From Octopus sinensis (Eukaryota), in NCBI RefSeq assembly GCF_006345805.1, contig NC_043023.1, positions 10,974,001 through 11,038,000 of the forward strand: a DNA stretch of 64,000 nucleotides, written 5' to 3'. The notes beneath the pieces are model-generated. The model was not told the DNA's origin, did no database searches, and was given only the letters and a program-made list of their open reading frames with translations. Shown piece by piece: positions 13,221 through 26,909 of the stretch (position 1 is the first letter of the stretch; every line of letters begins with the position of its first letter). The position numbers were made by a program, and so were the translations under genes.

Positions 13221-13280
13221 CACACACACATACACATATATATATATATATATATAATATTATATATATATATATTATAT

Positions 13281-13341
<61 letters not shown>

Positions 13342-13349
13342 TATATATA

Positions 13350-13614
13350 ATATTATTCGAGACAAAACCACTATTTTAAAACCAAAAGATCGAAAATCCA
13401 CCTGAAGATTGTCGGTAGCAGACATGAAACATTTGTAGTGGCGGTTTATTTAATTTATATTAAAATTTTATGTATTGATTAAGTCTTTCCTTGTTTGGTT
13501 TTAAAATAGTGGTTTTGTCTCGAATTATATTATATAATATTTTACTATAAAATTGGATTTAACCCTAAATCTGATTTTTTCCCTGTAATTTTGGATTCAT
13601 TCCCTAATATTTAT

Positions 13615-13620
<6 letters not shown>
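13350..13620 (+). mobile_element. Penelope-like terminal fragment with a degenerate hammerhead and a 31-bp inverted repeat
   Basis: CCAC-CTGAAGA...GAAAC-ATTT-GTA-GTGG at 13398-13441; perfect inverted repeat at 13356-13386 / 13494-13524. Confidence 0.55.
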
Positions 13621-13646
<26 letters not shown>

Positions 13647-13939
13647 TGTTTGTTCCTTCTCGAGCCATGCCTGGCTCATAAGGGCCGGTTTCCTGGTTTC
13701 CTTGGCGTATAGGTTCCCCACCTGGATGGGACGTCGGTCCGTCGCAGGTGAGCTGCAAGATGCAGGAGGAAAGAGTGAGAGAAAGTTGTGGCGAAAGAGT
13801 CAGCAGAAGTTTTGCCATTACCTTCTGCCAGAGCCACGTGGAGCTTAGGTGTTTCGCTCATAAACACATACATCGCCCGGTCTGAGATTCGAACCCATGA
13901 TCCCCCGACCGTGAGTCCACTACTCTAACCATGTGCCTC

Positions 13940-13979
<40 letters not shown>

Positions 13980-14543
13980 GAGGCTGGTCCGTCACAGGTG
14001 AGCTGCATGATGCAGGAGGAAAGAGTGAGAGAAAGCTGTGGCGAAAGAGTCAGCAGAAGTTTGCCATTACTTTCTGCCAGAGCCGCGTTGAGCTTAGGTG
14101 TTTTGCTCATAAACACACACACATAGCCCGGTCTGAGATTCGAACCCGTGATCCCTCAACCGCGAGTCCGCTGCTCTAACCACTAGGCCATGTGCCTAGA
14201 TGTGATGTGTGTCTGCGTGTCAGTATGTATGTGTATAAGCCTACTAATTTCGTTTTCTCATATTAAATTCCAACATAGGGATTAATGTAGTTTCACACTT
14301 CTCCTCAAAAAATGCATTTTTTTGAAAAAATGTTTTTGGATCCCTACGTTTTAGATGTCGGATATTACGAATATGCAAGAAAAAAAGAATTTTTATTTCA
14401 CACCCCACATCCCTCACCACTTCAATTTTTTTAATTTTGTTTACTCTAAAGAGATGGTAGTAAATTAATGAACATATGCAAATTGAAATTAAATACAGAC
14501 AAAAACATTAAAGTGAAAAGAATTAGCGTTTTGTGTTTGCCTT

Positions 14544-14878
14544 AGGCGCAGGAGTGGCTGTGTGGTAAGTAGCTTGTTTACCAACCACATGGTTCCGGGT
14601 TCAGTCCCACTGCGTGGGCTAGTGTCTTCTACTATAGCCTTGGGCCGACCAAAGCCTTGTGAGTGGATTTGGTAGACGGAAACTGAAAGAAGCCCGTCGT
14701 ATATATGTATATATATGTATGTGTATGTCTGTGTTTGTCCCCCTAGCATTGCTTGACAACCAATGCTAGTGTGTTTATGTCCCCGTCAAAAGAATAAGTC
14801 CCGGGATCGAGTTGCTCGATTAAAGGCGGTGCTCCAGCATAGACGCAGTCAAAATAACTGAAACAAGTAAAAAGAGAA
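14544..14878 (+). mobile_element. SINE family A
   Basis: Matches 12415-12820 with internal deletions. Confidence 0.85.
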
Positions 14879-15425
14879 ATATAGGGACCACTATATTAAA
14901 TGTAAATTAAATATAGGGACCGGGACCACTGTTCTCAAGTAGTACCCGGGGAAACAAAATCGGTTTGGGGGCACATACGTGGAGATATGCCCGTATTTTT
15001 ATAATTAGGCATTCGAAGGATAACTAATTATAATTAAACATTAGGATTATATAAAAAAAAATAATTTAAAATGCTTCGTGCATTGTGGAAGTATAACCAA
15101 TTAATTGTACAGAAATTTTGACAACTAAATCTTACATGGAGTTGTGAAGCACTGGTCTACAATAATAAATATATTAATTTGTCATGTTCTTGATTAAGTC
15201 TGTTTAATTTTGTGGTTTCAGACGATCAGTGCTGGACAAGAGAATTTGGATTTTAAAGTGGGTTTTGTATTATATATGTATCATGCACGTGCGTGTTATA
15301 TTTCAATGAAAATATTATAAATATTAATAAAAAGTATTATAAAATAAATATCGACATTTGACCAGCAACATCAAAAGGTTTTCTGTTACCGATGTTTACC
15401 TTAATTTTAATGTATACATATATAT

Positions 15426-15585
15426 AGGCGCAGGTTAATTAGCTTGCTTATCAACCGCATGGTTCTGGGTTCAGTCCCACTGCGTGGCACCTTGGGCAAG
15501 TGTCTTCTACTATAGCCTCGAGTTAACCAAAGCATTGCGAGTGGATTTGGTAGACGGAAACTGAAAGAAGCCTGTCGTATATATG

Positions 15586-15618
<33 letters not shown>

Positions 15619-15752
15619 CCACCCACCATCGCTTGACAAACGTTGTTGGTGTGTTTACGTTCCCGTAACTTAGCGGTTCGGCAAAGAATAAGTACCGGGG
15701 GGTCGATTCGTTCGACTAAAAGAAAGGCGGTGCTCCAGCATGGCCACAGCCA
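15426..15752 (+). mobile_element. SINE family A
   Basis: Matches 12415-12820. Confidence 0.8.
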
Positions 15753-16036
15753 AACGCGCGAGTACGTGGGTGCGCGCACCGGGACCACTCTTCTTACATA
15801 GTACCTATATATATAAACAGTATATATATATATATAGATATATACGGTTTATATATATGTATATAATATATATATACTGTTTATATATATGTTATATATA
15901 TTATATACTGTTTATATATATGTATATATATATATAACTGTTTATATATATGTATTATATATATTATACTGTTTATATATATGTATTATATATATATATA
16001 CTATATATATATATATATATACTGTTTATATATATG

Positions 16037-16068
<32 letters not shown>

Positions 16069-16180
16069 TATATACTGTTTATATATGTGTATACACCATT
16101 TTTCTCTATCCCTTTCTCATTATGTGGTAAATGAGGAATTTGGGTTTAAGAACCCCCCATATAACCCCTCATTACTGAAA

Positions 16181-16280
16181 NNNNNNNNNNNNNNNNNNNN
16201 NNNNNNNNNNNNNNNNNNNNNNNNNNNNNNNNNNNNNNNNNNNNNNNNNNNNNNNNNNNNNNNNNNNNNNNNNNNNNNNN
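16181..16280. other. Assembly gap (100 N)
   Basis: Run of 100 N. Confidence 1.
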
Positions 16281-16579
16281 GAACCGTCCAACCATGCTAG
16301 CATGGAAAGCGGACGTTAAACGATGATGATGATGATGATGATGATATACTCTCTCTATATATATATATACTATATATATATATATAGTTATATATATATA
16401 TATATAGTATATATATATATATAGTATATTATAAAATATCTATATTATATATATATATATAAATAGTATATATATAAATAGTATATGGCGGTGCCCCAGC
16501 ATGGCCACAGCTCATAAGCTGAAACTAGAATCATCAATCAATCATCATATATATATAGTATATATATATATATATATAT

Positions 16580-17613
<1,034 letters not shown>

Positions 17614-18409
17614 AAATGAGAAAATGGAGAAACAAACCTAAATCAATCATCAACCATCAGATAATATCCAATCAATACTTTATTAAACCATTACACACAG
17701 CAATGACATTATACATAATATATTATAAATACTACTAGACATAGAAATAGAAATAGAAAATACAATTACATTGTAGCTGACAGCTGTGGGTACTACTTGA
17801 GAACAGTGGTCTCTGTGCGCGTAGTCGCGCATCCGCACTAGCTACTCATGACTAATCGATCCTTTGTGTTTTATTTACCTTCCTAGTCGTTGTAGGATCG
17901 ATTGTTCTCAACTAGTACCATATGTGTGTATGTATCTTCATAGAGGCTATCCACATGCTAGAAATGGCAGCCAAATCTCACAAAAATACTTCAATTTCAC
18001 GTGAATTTCTCAGACTTCCGCCCATCCCACCACCAAAAATAAAACCTCAAAAACCATCACAAGACCGGTTTTTTGTTCTTTTGTGCGACAATTCACATGA
18101 TGTCATCATAACCTGAGAATTTGCTTTCGGTACAAGAACACTACAAACCACTGAATGCCGAGCCGTAAGAATGTCAAAGATGCAAGGCTTTTTACTGGCA
18201 TAATTTCGTTTATATCTATATCCCACAACACGTAGATACTTAAAAACAGAACCCGCACACTGTCACGGAGGTCACGAAGATATCCAAAGTGAATTGTCCA
18301 GTTGAAACGAAGGAAAGGCCCCCTTTGCAGAGAGGTTAGTAGGTCCATTATGTTATCACAGTTTTGTGAGATTTGGCTGTTATTTCTAGCAAGTGGATCG
18401 CCTGCTTGA

Positions 18410-18469
<60 letters not shown>

Positions 18470-18659
18470 TGACGTATTTTTGCCATTTCAATATGGCTAA
18501 CCCCTAAGGGTGGATGCTACTGTAGTTTTTAGCCCCAGGAGGACACACTCCTCCAGCTGGCCATAGACACACTTTCTGTGTCCTGTCAGTATTTGCAAAG
18601 GGAAGTCATCCTTCCCGTCTTCAACTTATATATATATATATATATATATATTATCTATC

Positions 18660-18691
<32 letters not shown>

Positions 18692-18716
18692 CATACATAT
18701 ATATATATATATATTA

Positions 18717-18752
<36 letters not shown>

Positions 18753-18821
18753 TATACATATATATATACACACACACATATATATATATATACACACACA
18801 TATATATATACACACACACAT

Positions 18822-18859
<38 letters not shown>

Positions 18860-18940
18860 CTTGTGCCACATATTTACTTCTATGTATAATTTTCCCTCAC
18901 GGGCTATTCTTCACTGGAAAGCAATACTCTCGTATTGCAT

Positions 18941-18986
<46 letters not shown>

Positions 18987-19020
18987 TGCAGCGTGGAAGG
19001 TGTTTGTAAGCCATTTAAGA

Positions 19021-19235
19021 AACACACAAAAGCCGTTCGATTCACTTCAACATTTAAGTTTAATTTGTCAAAAAATATTTTCGTCGCTAAAATCCGCGAC
19101 CTGTTCGCTGACAAAAATCCGTGCTGCGCAGCACGGATTTTTGTCAGTGAACAGGTTGCGGATTTTAGCGACGAAAATATTTTGACAAATTAAAATGAAA
19201 TGTTGAAGTGAATCGAACGGCTTTTGTGTGTTTTT
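19021..19235. repeat. Near-perfect spacerless palindrome (about 215 bp), probably a folded-back Penelope-like end
   Basis: Centre GTGCTGC|GCAGCAC at 19127/19128; arms differ by a few substitutions and indels. Confidence 0.85.
19140..19189 (+). ncRNA. Candidate variant hammerhead ribozyme with G3:C8 core (GUGAACA)
   Basis: TTTGTCA-GTGAACA-G-GTTGC/GCGAC-GAA-AATATT-T-TGACAAA: 7-bp stem I, 5-bp stem II and a palindromic stem III segment. Confidence 0.5.
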
Positions 19236-19715
19236 AGGATCGTAGACAGTCGGTTATTTCTAGTAGAGAGATCATGTCTTCGGGTATTAAGTATATAAAC
19301 AGTGTTACCCAGAAACGAAGTCAAAACAAGAGTGCATCGGGTGTAAAAAAAAAAAAAAGGGCATTCCTTCGATATAACTCGACAAAATCAAAACATTTCA
19401 CTTTGGGTATTTCCATGGGTTGCGAAGTACAGATATAACGAAATTGGCATTCCTTCGATATAGCTCGACAAGGTCGAGACATTTCTCATCTCATTCATAT
19501 TTGTTTTATGTACTGTCCCCTTTGTGGTGTCTTGTTTGGGCCCTTGTGGCTAATAAAGAAACAGAGACATTTCACGGAGTATAGATATAACGAAATTATG
19601 CCAGTTTTGTGAGGTGTGCTAAAAATAACAGCTAAATAACGTTTTTGGATAAATCTTTTAAGTTCGTGCTAACACATTCAATGTATATTGAATGCTTCAA
19701 ACTACAAAAAAAATG

Positions 19716-19945
19716 GGATCTTTTCGGTTTGAACGGCAGTTTTTTCTAGCGGTGTCATATGAAATTGTCACCCATAATTATGACCCTAGTATCGATCTGT
19801 TGCATTTCAATCTGTTTCAGGGTTAGGGGTGGGGGGAAGGATTTCTTTTTTTTTTATTTGGAAATGTAAATAAACCCAATCTGTTTCTTAAACGAGGGAC
19901 ATATTCATATGGCACAGAATGTTTTCACCTCAATAGACGTCCACA
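19716..19945 (+). mobile_element. Partial Merlin-like MITE
   Basis: TIR GGATCTTTTCGGTTTGAACGGCAGTTTTT and internal sequence shared with 24127-24517. Confidence 0.7.
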
Positions 19946-20143
19946 ATTTTTCAGTTAGAGGGCTCGCACTTTCTATGCTCATTCAAAACCATCCAAGGGT
20001 GGTCGTGCGCATCTTTACATTTCCCCAGTCACCCCGCAGAGCCATTAAAAAATCAATAGAAGTGACTTTTTTGTGAATTTTCCATCCCAAACCCAATCAA
20101 AATGCCCGAAACTTGATACGCCAATTGAATGCCAGCTAGCTGT

Positions 20144-20411
20144 TCCTTCTTGAGCCATGCCTGGCTCATAAGGGCCAGTTTCCTGGGACGAGACGCCGGT
20201 CCGTCGCAGGTGAGCTGCAAGATGCAGGAGGAAAGAGTGAGAGAAAGTTGTGGCAAAAGAGTCAGCAGAAGTTTTGCCATTACCTTCTGCCAGAGCCACG
20301 TGGAGCTTAGGTGTTTCACTCATAAACACACACATCGCCCGGTCTGAGATTCGAACCCGCGATCCCTCGACCGCGAGTCCGCTGCTCTAACCACTAGGCC
20401 ATGTGCCTCCA
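20144..20411 (-). mobile_element. SINE family D with 11-bp TSD
   Basis: TSD CAGCTAGCTGT at 20133-20143 and 20412-20422. Confidence 0.85.
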
Positions 20412-20964
20412 CAGCTAGCTGTATGTGATTGGTCGGAGATTTGGACAGTACTCACGTGTATGTGCGCACGCACGCAGCTGTATATGCATGCACTAGCACT
20501 ATGACCTGGCAACACCGGGTTATAATGCTTCTAAATGATAAAAGAAATATGCAGTCAATTTAGCTTTGTGCTTAACTTCCGCAAAAATTTCTTTTAAAAT
20601 ATTTTCCTGAGCAAAATAATATGCACAGTGACAGATCATTGTATTGTTTATTTGTGGATATAGTTTTAATTTAGAGTATATGGCTTGAACCAATTAAGAA
20701 TAGCTTTGTTAATTAGCTTACACTTTCATTATGACGACCAATAAATTGCTTTCACCTTTTTACAACACTAAACTGCGTATTAACCTGTCTGCGTATTAAC
20801 CTGTTTAACTGGATTAACCTGTATAATTGGATTTGCAATTTCCCAGCTATTTTGTCTAGACTTTTAATTAATTAGATATCCGCCATTGGTTCGTTGTCGT
20901 AAACTTGGTGTAACTGAAATAATTTTTGTTGTTTTTCAATTTTAGAAAATTACTTTTACAGATC

Positions 20965-21007
20965 ATGGACATTCTAAAGTTCTTTTGTTGTTTGTCTGCA
21001 TTATTTT
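20965..21007 (+). CDS. Coding exon 1 (signal peptide MDILKFFCCLSALF) of predicted GPI-anchored Ig-like protein
   Basis: Acceptor TTACTTTTACAG at 20950-20961, ATG at 20965, phase-1 donor T|GTAAGT at 21008. Confidence 0.75.
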
Positions 21008-21051
21008 GTAAGTTTTTATTCGTCATTCTTATTCTTAATAATTCATCCTCA

Positions 21052-22600
21052 TTAACCCTTTCATTACCAACCCGGCTGAAACCGGCTCTGGCTCTATAGT
21101 ACAAATGTCTTGTTTTCATAAGTTTTGAATTAAAATTTTCCACCAAACCTTAGTCACAATTTATGTTCCTAACATTAGCTTAATGATAATTAAGTTATTT
21201 TACTAAATTCTTTGTTATATTTAAAATTAATTGAAAGAAACACAGAGCATCTCAACAGAAATATGATAACAAAAGGGTTAAAAATATATAATAGAGAAAG
21301 AATTCTTAACCCTTTCGATACCAACCCGGCTGAAACAGGCTCTGGCTCTGAGTACAAATGTCTTGTTTTCATAAGTTTTGAATTAAAATCTTCCACCAAA
21401 TCTTAATCACAATTTATGTTCCTAACACTAGCTTAATGATAACTAAGTTATTTTACTAAATTCTTTGTTATATTTAAAACTAATTGAAAGAAACACAGAG
21501 CATCTCGACAGAATATGGTAACAAAGGGCTTAAAAATATATAATAGAGAAACAATTCTTAGTCACCATGATATTTTTAACCCTTTTCATACCAACCTGGC
21601 TGAAACTGGCTCTGGCTCTGTAGTACAAATATCTTGTTTTCATGAGTTTTGAATTAAAATCTTCCACTAAACCTTAGTCACAATTTACATTCCTAACACT
21701 AGCTGAATGATAACTAAGTTATTTTACTAAATTCTTTGTTATATTTAAAACTAATTGAAAGAAACACAGAGCATCTCGACAGAATATGGTAACAAAGGGC
21801 TTAAAAATATATAATAGAGAAACAATTCTTAGTCACCATGATATTTTTAACCCTTTTCATACCAACCTGGCTGAAACTGGCTCTGGCTCTGTAGTACAAA
21901 TATCTTGTTTTCATGAGTTTTGAATTAAAATCTTCCACTAAACCTTAGTCACAATTTACGTTCCTAACACTAGCTGAATGATAACTAAGTTATTTTACTA
22001 AATTCTTTGTTATATTTAAAATTAATTGAAAGAAACACACAGCATCTCAATAGAAATATGGTAACAAAAGGGTTCAAATATATAATAGAGAAACAATTCT
22101 TAACCCTTTCGTTACCAACCCGGCTGAAACCGGCTCTGGCTCTGTAGTACAAGTGACTTGTTTTCATCAAGTTTTGAATTAAAATCTTCCACTAAACCTT
22201 AGTCACAATTTACGTTCCTAACACTAGCTTAATGATAACTAAGTTATTTTACTAAATTCTTTGTTATATTTAAAACTAATTGAAAGAAACACAGAGCATC
22301 TCGACAGAATATGGTAACAAAGGGCTTAAAAATATATAATAGAGAAACAATTCTTAGTCACCATGATATTTTTAACCCTTTTCATACCAACCTGGCTGAA
22401 ACCACCTCTGGCTCTGTAGTACAAATATCTTGTTTTCATGAGTTTTGAATTAAAATCTTCCACTAAACCTTAGTCACAATTTATGTTCCTAACACTAGCT
22501 GAATGATAACTAAGTTATTTTACTAAATTCTTTGTTATATTTAAAATGATTGAAAGGAACATAGAGCATATCAAAATAAATACAGTAATGAAAGGGTTAA
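21052..22600 (+). mobile_element. Tandem array of 6 piggyBac-like MITEs (intronic)
   Basis: Same TTAA/CCC...GGG/TTAA unit and spacer as 5870-6602. Confidence 0.82.
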
Positions 22601-22767
22601 GGCATAACTATACAAGTAGACAGAATACTGGAATTGGCTGCCTACATAAGTTTGATTTTCTCTGTTTTGACAGGGATTTTTTGAATTATTTTTTCATGTT
22701 GAAATGCTTAAAATATCTGGCAGAGTATAAACATTTGGGGTTCATGATATGGGTTTGTAATAAGGTG

Positions 22768-22995
22768 GCGAGCTGGCAGAAACGTTAGCACGCCGGGCGA
22801 AATGCGTAGCTGTATTTCATCAGTCGTTACGTTCTGAGTTCAAATTCTGCCAAGGTCGTCTTTGCTTTTCATCCTTTCGGGGTCGATAAATTAAGTACCA
22901 GTTACGCACTGGGGGTCGATGTAATCGACTTAATCCGTGTGTCTGTCCTTGTTTGTCCCCTCTATGTTTAGCCCCTTGTGGGTAATAAAGAAATA
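22768..22995 (+). mobile_element. SINE family B
   Basis: Matches 3824-4052. Confidence 0.8.
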
Positions 22996-23377
22996 AATAT
23001 GGGTTGTATTATTCACCCTTTTGATATGTGGCTTGCGGGACCTCCGTTTGGGGGATATTTCTGAGTCACCATTTCACTCTTTTCTGCACAATTTCACAAG
23101 GCATTGGTCGGCCCGAAGCTATAGTAGAATACATTTGCCCAAGATGCCACGCAGTGGGACTGAACCCGGAACCATGTGGTTGGTAAACAAGCTACTTACC
23201 ACACAGCCACTCCTATGCCTATTTATTCATATTTTTTAAAAGTTAATCATTCATTACCTTGTCGTTTTAAAATTTTCATAATATGATTGTTAATCTTTAG
23301 ACTATCGTAGTGTAGAGTGAGAGGGTGGATGTACCCAGTTTGACTATTAAACAGTTAGAATAATATTTCAGCCACAT

Positions 23378-23925
23378 GAACCAGCCAGGATCCCTGGTCT
23401 GGTGGTACGTAAAAAGCACTATCCGACTCGTGGCCGATGCCAGCGCCGCCTCCACTGGCTTCCGTGCCGGTGGCACGTAAAATACACCAATCTGACCGTA
23501 CGACAGGCACCCATGCCAACCCCCTTTGCTTGCGAAGACATGTTGGGGCAAGCGAAAGCGAAATCGAAATCGAATTGAACCAGCCAGGATCCCTGGTCTG
23601 GTGGTACGTAAAAAGCACTATCCGACTCGTGGCCGATGCAAGCGCCGCCTCGACTGGCTTCCGTGCCGGTGGCACATAAAATACACCAATCCGACCGTGG
23701 CCGTTGCCAGCCTCGCCTGGCACCTGTGCAGGTGGCACGTAAAAAGCACCCACACAATCACGGAGTGGTTGGTGTTAGGAAGGGCATCCAGCTGTAGAAA
23801 CATTGCCAGATAAGACTGGAGCCTAGTGCAGCCTTCTGGCTTCCCTGATCCCCGGTCGAACCGTCCAACCCATGCTAGCATGGAGAACGGACGTCAAACG
23901 ATGATGATGATGATGATGATGATAT
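23378..23925 (+). mobile_element. RTE LINE 3' end with internal duplication
   Basis: UTR repeat units, the conserved terminal segment and a (GAT)n tail; about 23378-23500 is repeated at about 23578-23700. Confidence 0.8.
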
Positions 23926-24039
23926 GGCTAGTTTAACACTTTAGCAATCAAATCACTTTCTAATGTAATGTTAATTTATTCACATTGTTTTGAATTATAT
24001 CATCTTAAAATCAAAAATTTTTGTTTTCTTCTTTTACAG

Positions 24040-24078
24040 ATTTGACGAGTGCAAAAAATTATCGTATCACCCAAAGTG
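24040..24078 (+). CDS. Coding exon 2 ((Y)LTSAKNYRITQS) of predicted GPI-anchored Ig-like protein
   Basis: Acceptor TTTTCTTCTTTTACAG, 39-bp phase 1-1 exon, donor G|GTAAAT. Confidence 0.7.
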
Positions 24079-24126
24079 GTAAATGGATAAACAAACCTTT
24101 TTCCCCTTTTAAATTAGACATTACCT

Positions 24127-24517
24127 GGATCTTTTCGGTTTGACCGGCAGTTTTTTAAAATAATTTCCACGTAACTAAACACTTTTAAACTTCGTATACT
24201 GGTAGAATGTGTTTATAAAACATCATTTTCTCTTGGCTTTATTGAGAAAATTCTATGATTTGTAAGATATTTGTTGTTTTTTTTCTTCAATTTCTGCAAT
24301 TTCAACCAATCACTGACGTCTATTGAGTTAAAAAACATTCTGTGCCGTATGAATAATATGTCCCTCGTTTATGAAACAGATTGGGTTTATTTACATTTCT
24401 GAATACCTAACCCTAACCCAGACTGAAATGCAATAGATCGATACTAGGGTCATAATTATGGGTGACAATTTTATATGACACCGCTAGAAAAAACTGCCGT
24501 TCAAACCGAAAAGATCC
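24127..24517 (+). mobile_element. Merlin-like MITE monomer, 391 bp, 8-bp TSD
   Basis: TIRs GGATCTTTTCGGTTTGA.CGGCAGTTTTT at both ends; TSD CATTACCT at 24119-24126 and 24518-24525. The superfamily call rests only on GG termini plus the 8-bp TSD. Confidence 0.75.
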
Positions 24518-25173
24518 CATTACCTTTTCAGTTCTGTCTTCTATTTCTTTCTCTTAATTCAAAGCTTTTAGTCACTGTTTTGCTTTTGGTTTCTATAAAG
24601 TTTTTATTCTGACCATCGAGAAGGGCTAAAGAGCCAGAAATACACATTGGGGAAACACTAGAGCAGTGGGTTTCAACCAGGGTCAAGATGGCTTGTGGGG
24701 GTACTTATAAAATGGCCACCTTCAATCTTGCCATGGATCCAACAAGCCACAGCATTGTGGCAAGCTCTATTCCAGGCATTGGCAAGGTTTCGATTTCTTG
24801 ATGACCTTCCTAACACTGACCCCTTTACAAAGTGTGGTGGGTGCATTTTTTTTTATTATTGCACCACCACTGAATTGGTTTCCATTTCTCTGGGATTATG
24901 ATTGTCTTTCTAAAGAGGATTAGGGTTATCATGTTTATCCTCCTCATTCAAGGTCTGCGTTCCATGCTGGCATCATTGACCCCTTTTCGGTCCCTATCAT
25001 TTTACAGTGCACTGGAGCCTTTTCTGCACATAACTGGCCACTAGTGAAGTCACCAAATAACGGGAAAAGGCAAAGGAAGAGGAAGGAAACAAACCTTCAC
25101 TGAAGAGCATAGTAGAGAGGGAGATGGCTTTATGTCAGGTGTTGAGAGGTATACCAGGTATGATAGGAAGACA

Positions 25174-25752
25174 GGTGAGCTGGCAGAATCGTTAGCACCC
25201 CGGGCGAAAAGGCTTAGCGGTATTTCGTCTGCCGCTACATTCTGAGTTCAAATTCTGCTGAGGTCGACTTTGCCTTTCATCCTTTCGGGGTCAATAAATT
25301 AAGTACCAGTTACCCACAGGGGTCGATGTAATTGACTTAATACCTATGTCTGCCCTTGATGGTCTCCTCTATGTTTAGCCCCTTGTGGGTAGTAAAGAAA
25401 TAGGTATTTCGTCTGCCACTACGTTCTGAGTCAAATTCTGCCGAGGTCGACTTTGCCTTTCATCCTTTCGGGGTCGATTAAATAAGTACCAGTTACGCAC
25501 GGGGGTCGATGTAATCAACTTAATACCTATGTCTGCCCTTGTTTGTCCCCTCTATGTTTAGCCCCTTGTGGGTAGTAAAGAAATAGGTATTTCGTCTGCC
25601 ACTACGTTCTGAGTTCAAATTCTGCCGAGGTCGACTTTGCCTTTCATCCTTTCGGGGTCGATTAAATAAGCACCAGTTACGCACTGGGGTCAATATAATC
25701 CACTTAATCTGTTTGTCTGTCCCTGTTTTGCCCTTTATGGGTAGTAAAGAAA
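25174..25752 (+). mobile_element. SINE family B with one head and three tandem bodies
   Basis: Units restart at GGTATTTCGTCTG (25219, 25403, 25586). Confidence 0.85.
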
Positions 25753-25992
25753 AGGGTATGATAGAAGGGCAGGAACACGTGTCTCACTGCAGGGACCCTG
25801 CATTATATAAGGGTTGGTGGGAGTGACTGGATAGGGACATGGTTTAATCAGGCGTACACCCATGTCTGATGAAATCATGTCCCAGTAAACATAAATCTCA
25901 TTAAATTAAAACTCGTAATAAGATGTCTAATTTCTTTTGATGGTCTCTATTGCACATTTTCCCTTTTAATTTCCAGGGGCAAAAACTATTAA

Positions 25993-26584
25993 CCCTTTAG
26001 CGTTCAGATTACTCTGTCAAATGTCCTGCTTATTTATTTACATTGTTTTGGATTAATCATGGATTATCTCATAGCTTTGAGATTTCAATGATGTGATGCT
26101 TTATTTCCAGAATGACATTGTAGGTTAGATGGGAGAGGTCAGATATGGCTAGTTTGAACATCAGACAAGTGGAGTATTTGGGTCTGATATCACTAGGCAC
26201 CATTCGAGTGTGGTCATTACCAGCGTGGCCTTACTGGCATTTCTGCCCGTGCTAGTAGGGTGCCAAGAGCACCATCTGAGCGCGATCGTTGCCAGAGCAG
26301 CCAACTGGCTTCCGTGCCAGTGGCACGTAAAAGGCCACCATTCGAGCGTGATCGTTACCAATGTCACCTTACTGGCACCTGTGCCAGTGGCACGTGTAAA
26401 AAGATTCGAGCGAGGTCTTTGCCAGATAATCACACATTATCTCATAGCTTTGAGATTTCAATGATGTGATGCTTTATTTCCAGAATGACATTGTAGGTTA
26501 GATGGGAGAGGTCAGATATGGCTAGTTTGAACATCAGACAAGTGGAGTATTTGGGTCTGATATCACTAGTTTAATGCTAAAGGG
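25993..26584 (+). mobile_element. piggyBac-like MITE (second family) with RTE-UTR insert and 143-bp duplication
   Basis: TTAA|CCCTTTAGC...GCTAAAGGG|TTAA; an uninterrupted 219-bp relative lies at 33076-33294. Confidence 0.8.
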
Positions 26585-26909
26585 TTAAATTTGGATGTGA
26601 GGTGAAGGCCTGGCTGTGATTAGGAACTTTTCTTTCCAAGCGCATGATTTAAGGTCCAGTCCCCTTGTATGGCACCTTGTTTAATTGTCCTCCACTATAG
26701 CCCCAGGCCAACAAAAGCCTTGTGAGTGGATTAGGTAGACAGGAGCTAAAAGGAGCCCACTGTGTGTATATATGGGATGTTATAGCCTTGTTTGGAAACA
26801 GATGAAGGTTTGTGACAGGAAGAGCATCCTACTGTTGAGAATAAAAACTCTTATCCACAAAGCATGGATGAGTGGGCATCATAATGATGCTGATGTTCTG
26901 CCTTGAAGA

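Noticed and set aside
19291-19299. TATA box for the Ig-like gene
   Set aside because: TATATAAA is common in this AT-rich DNA and no convincing downstream donor defines a first exon.
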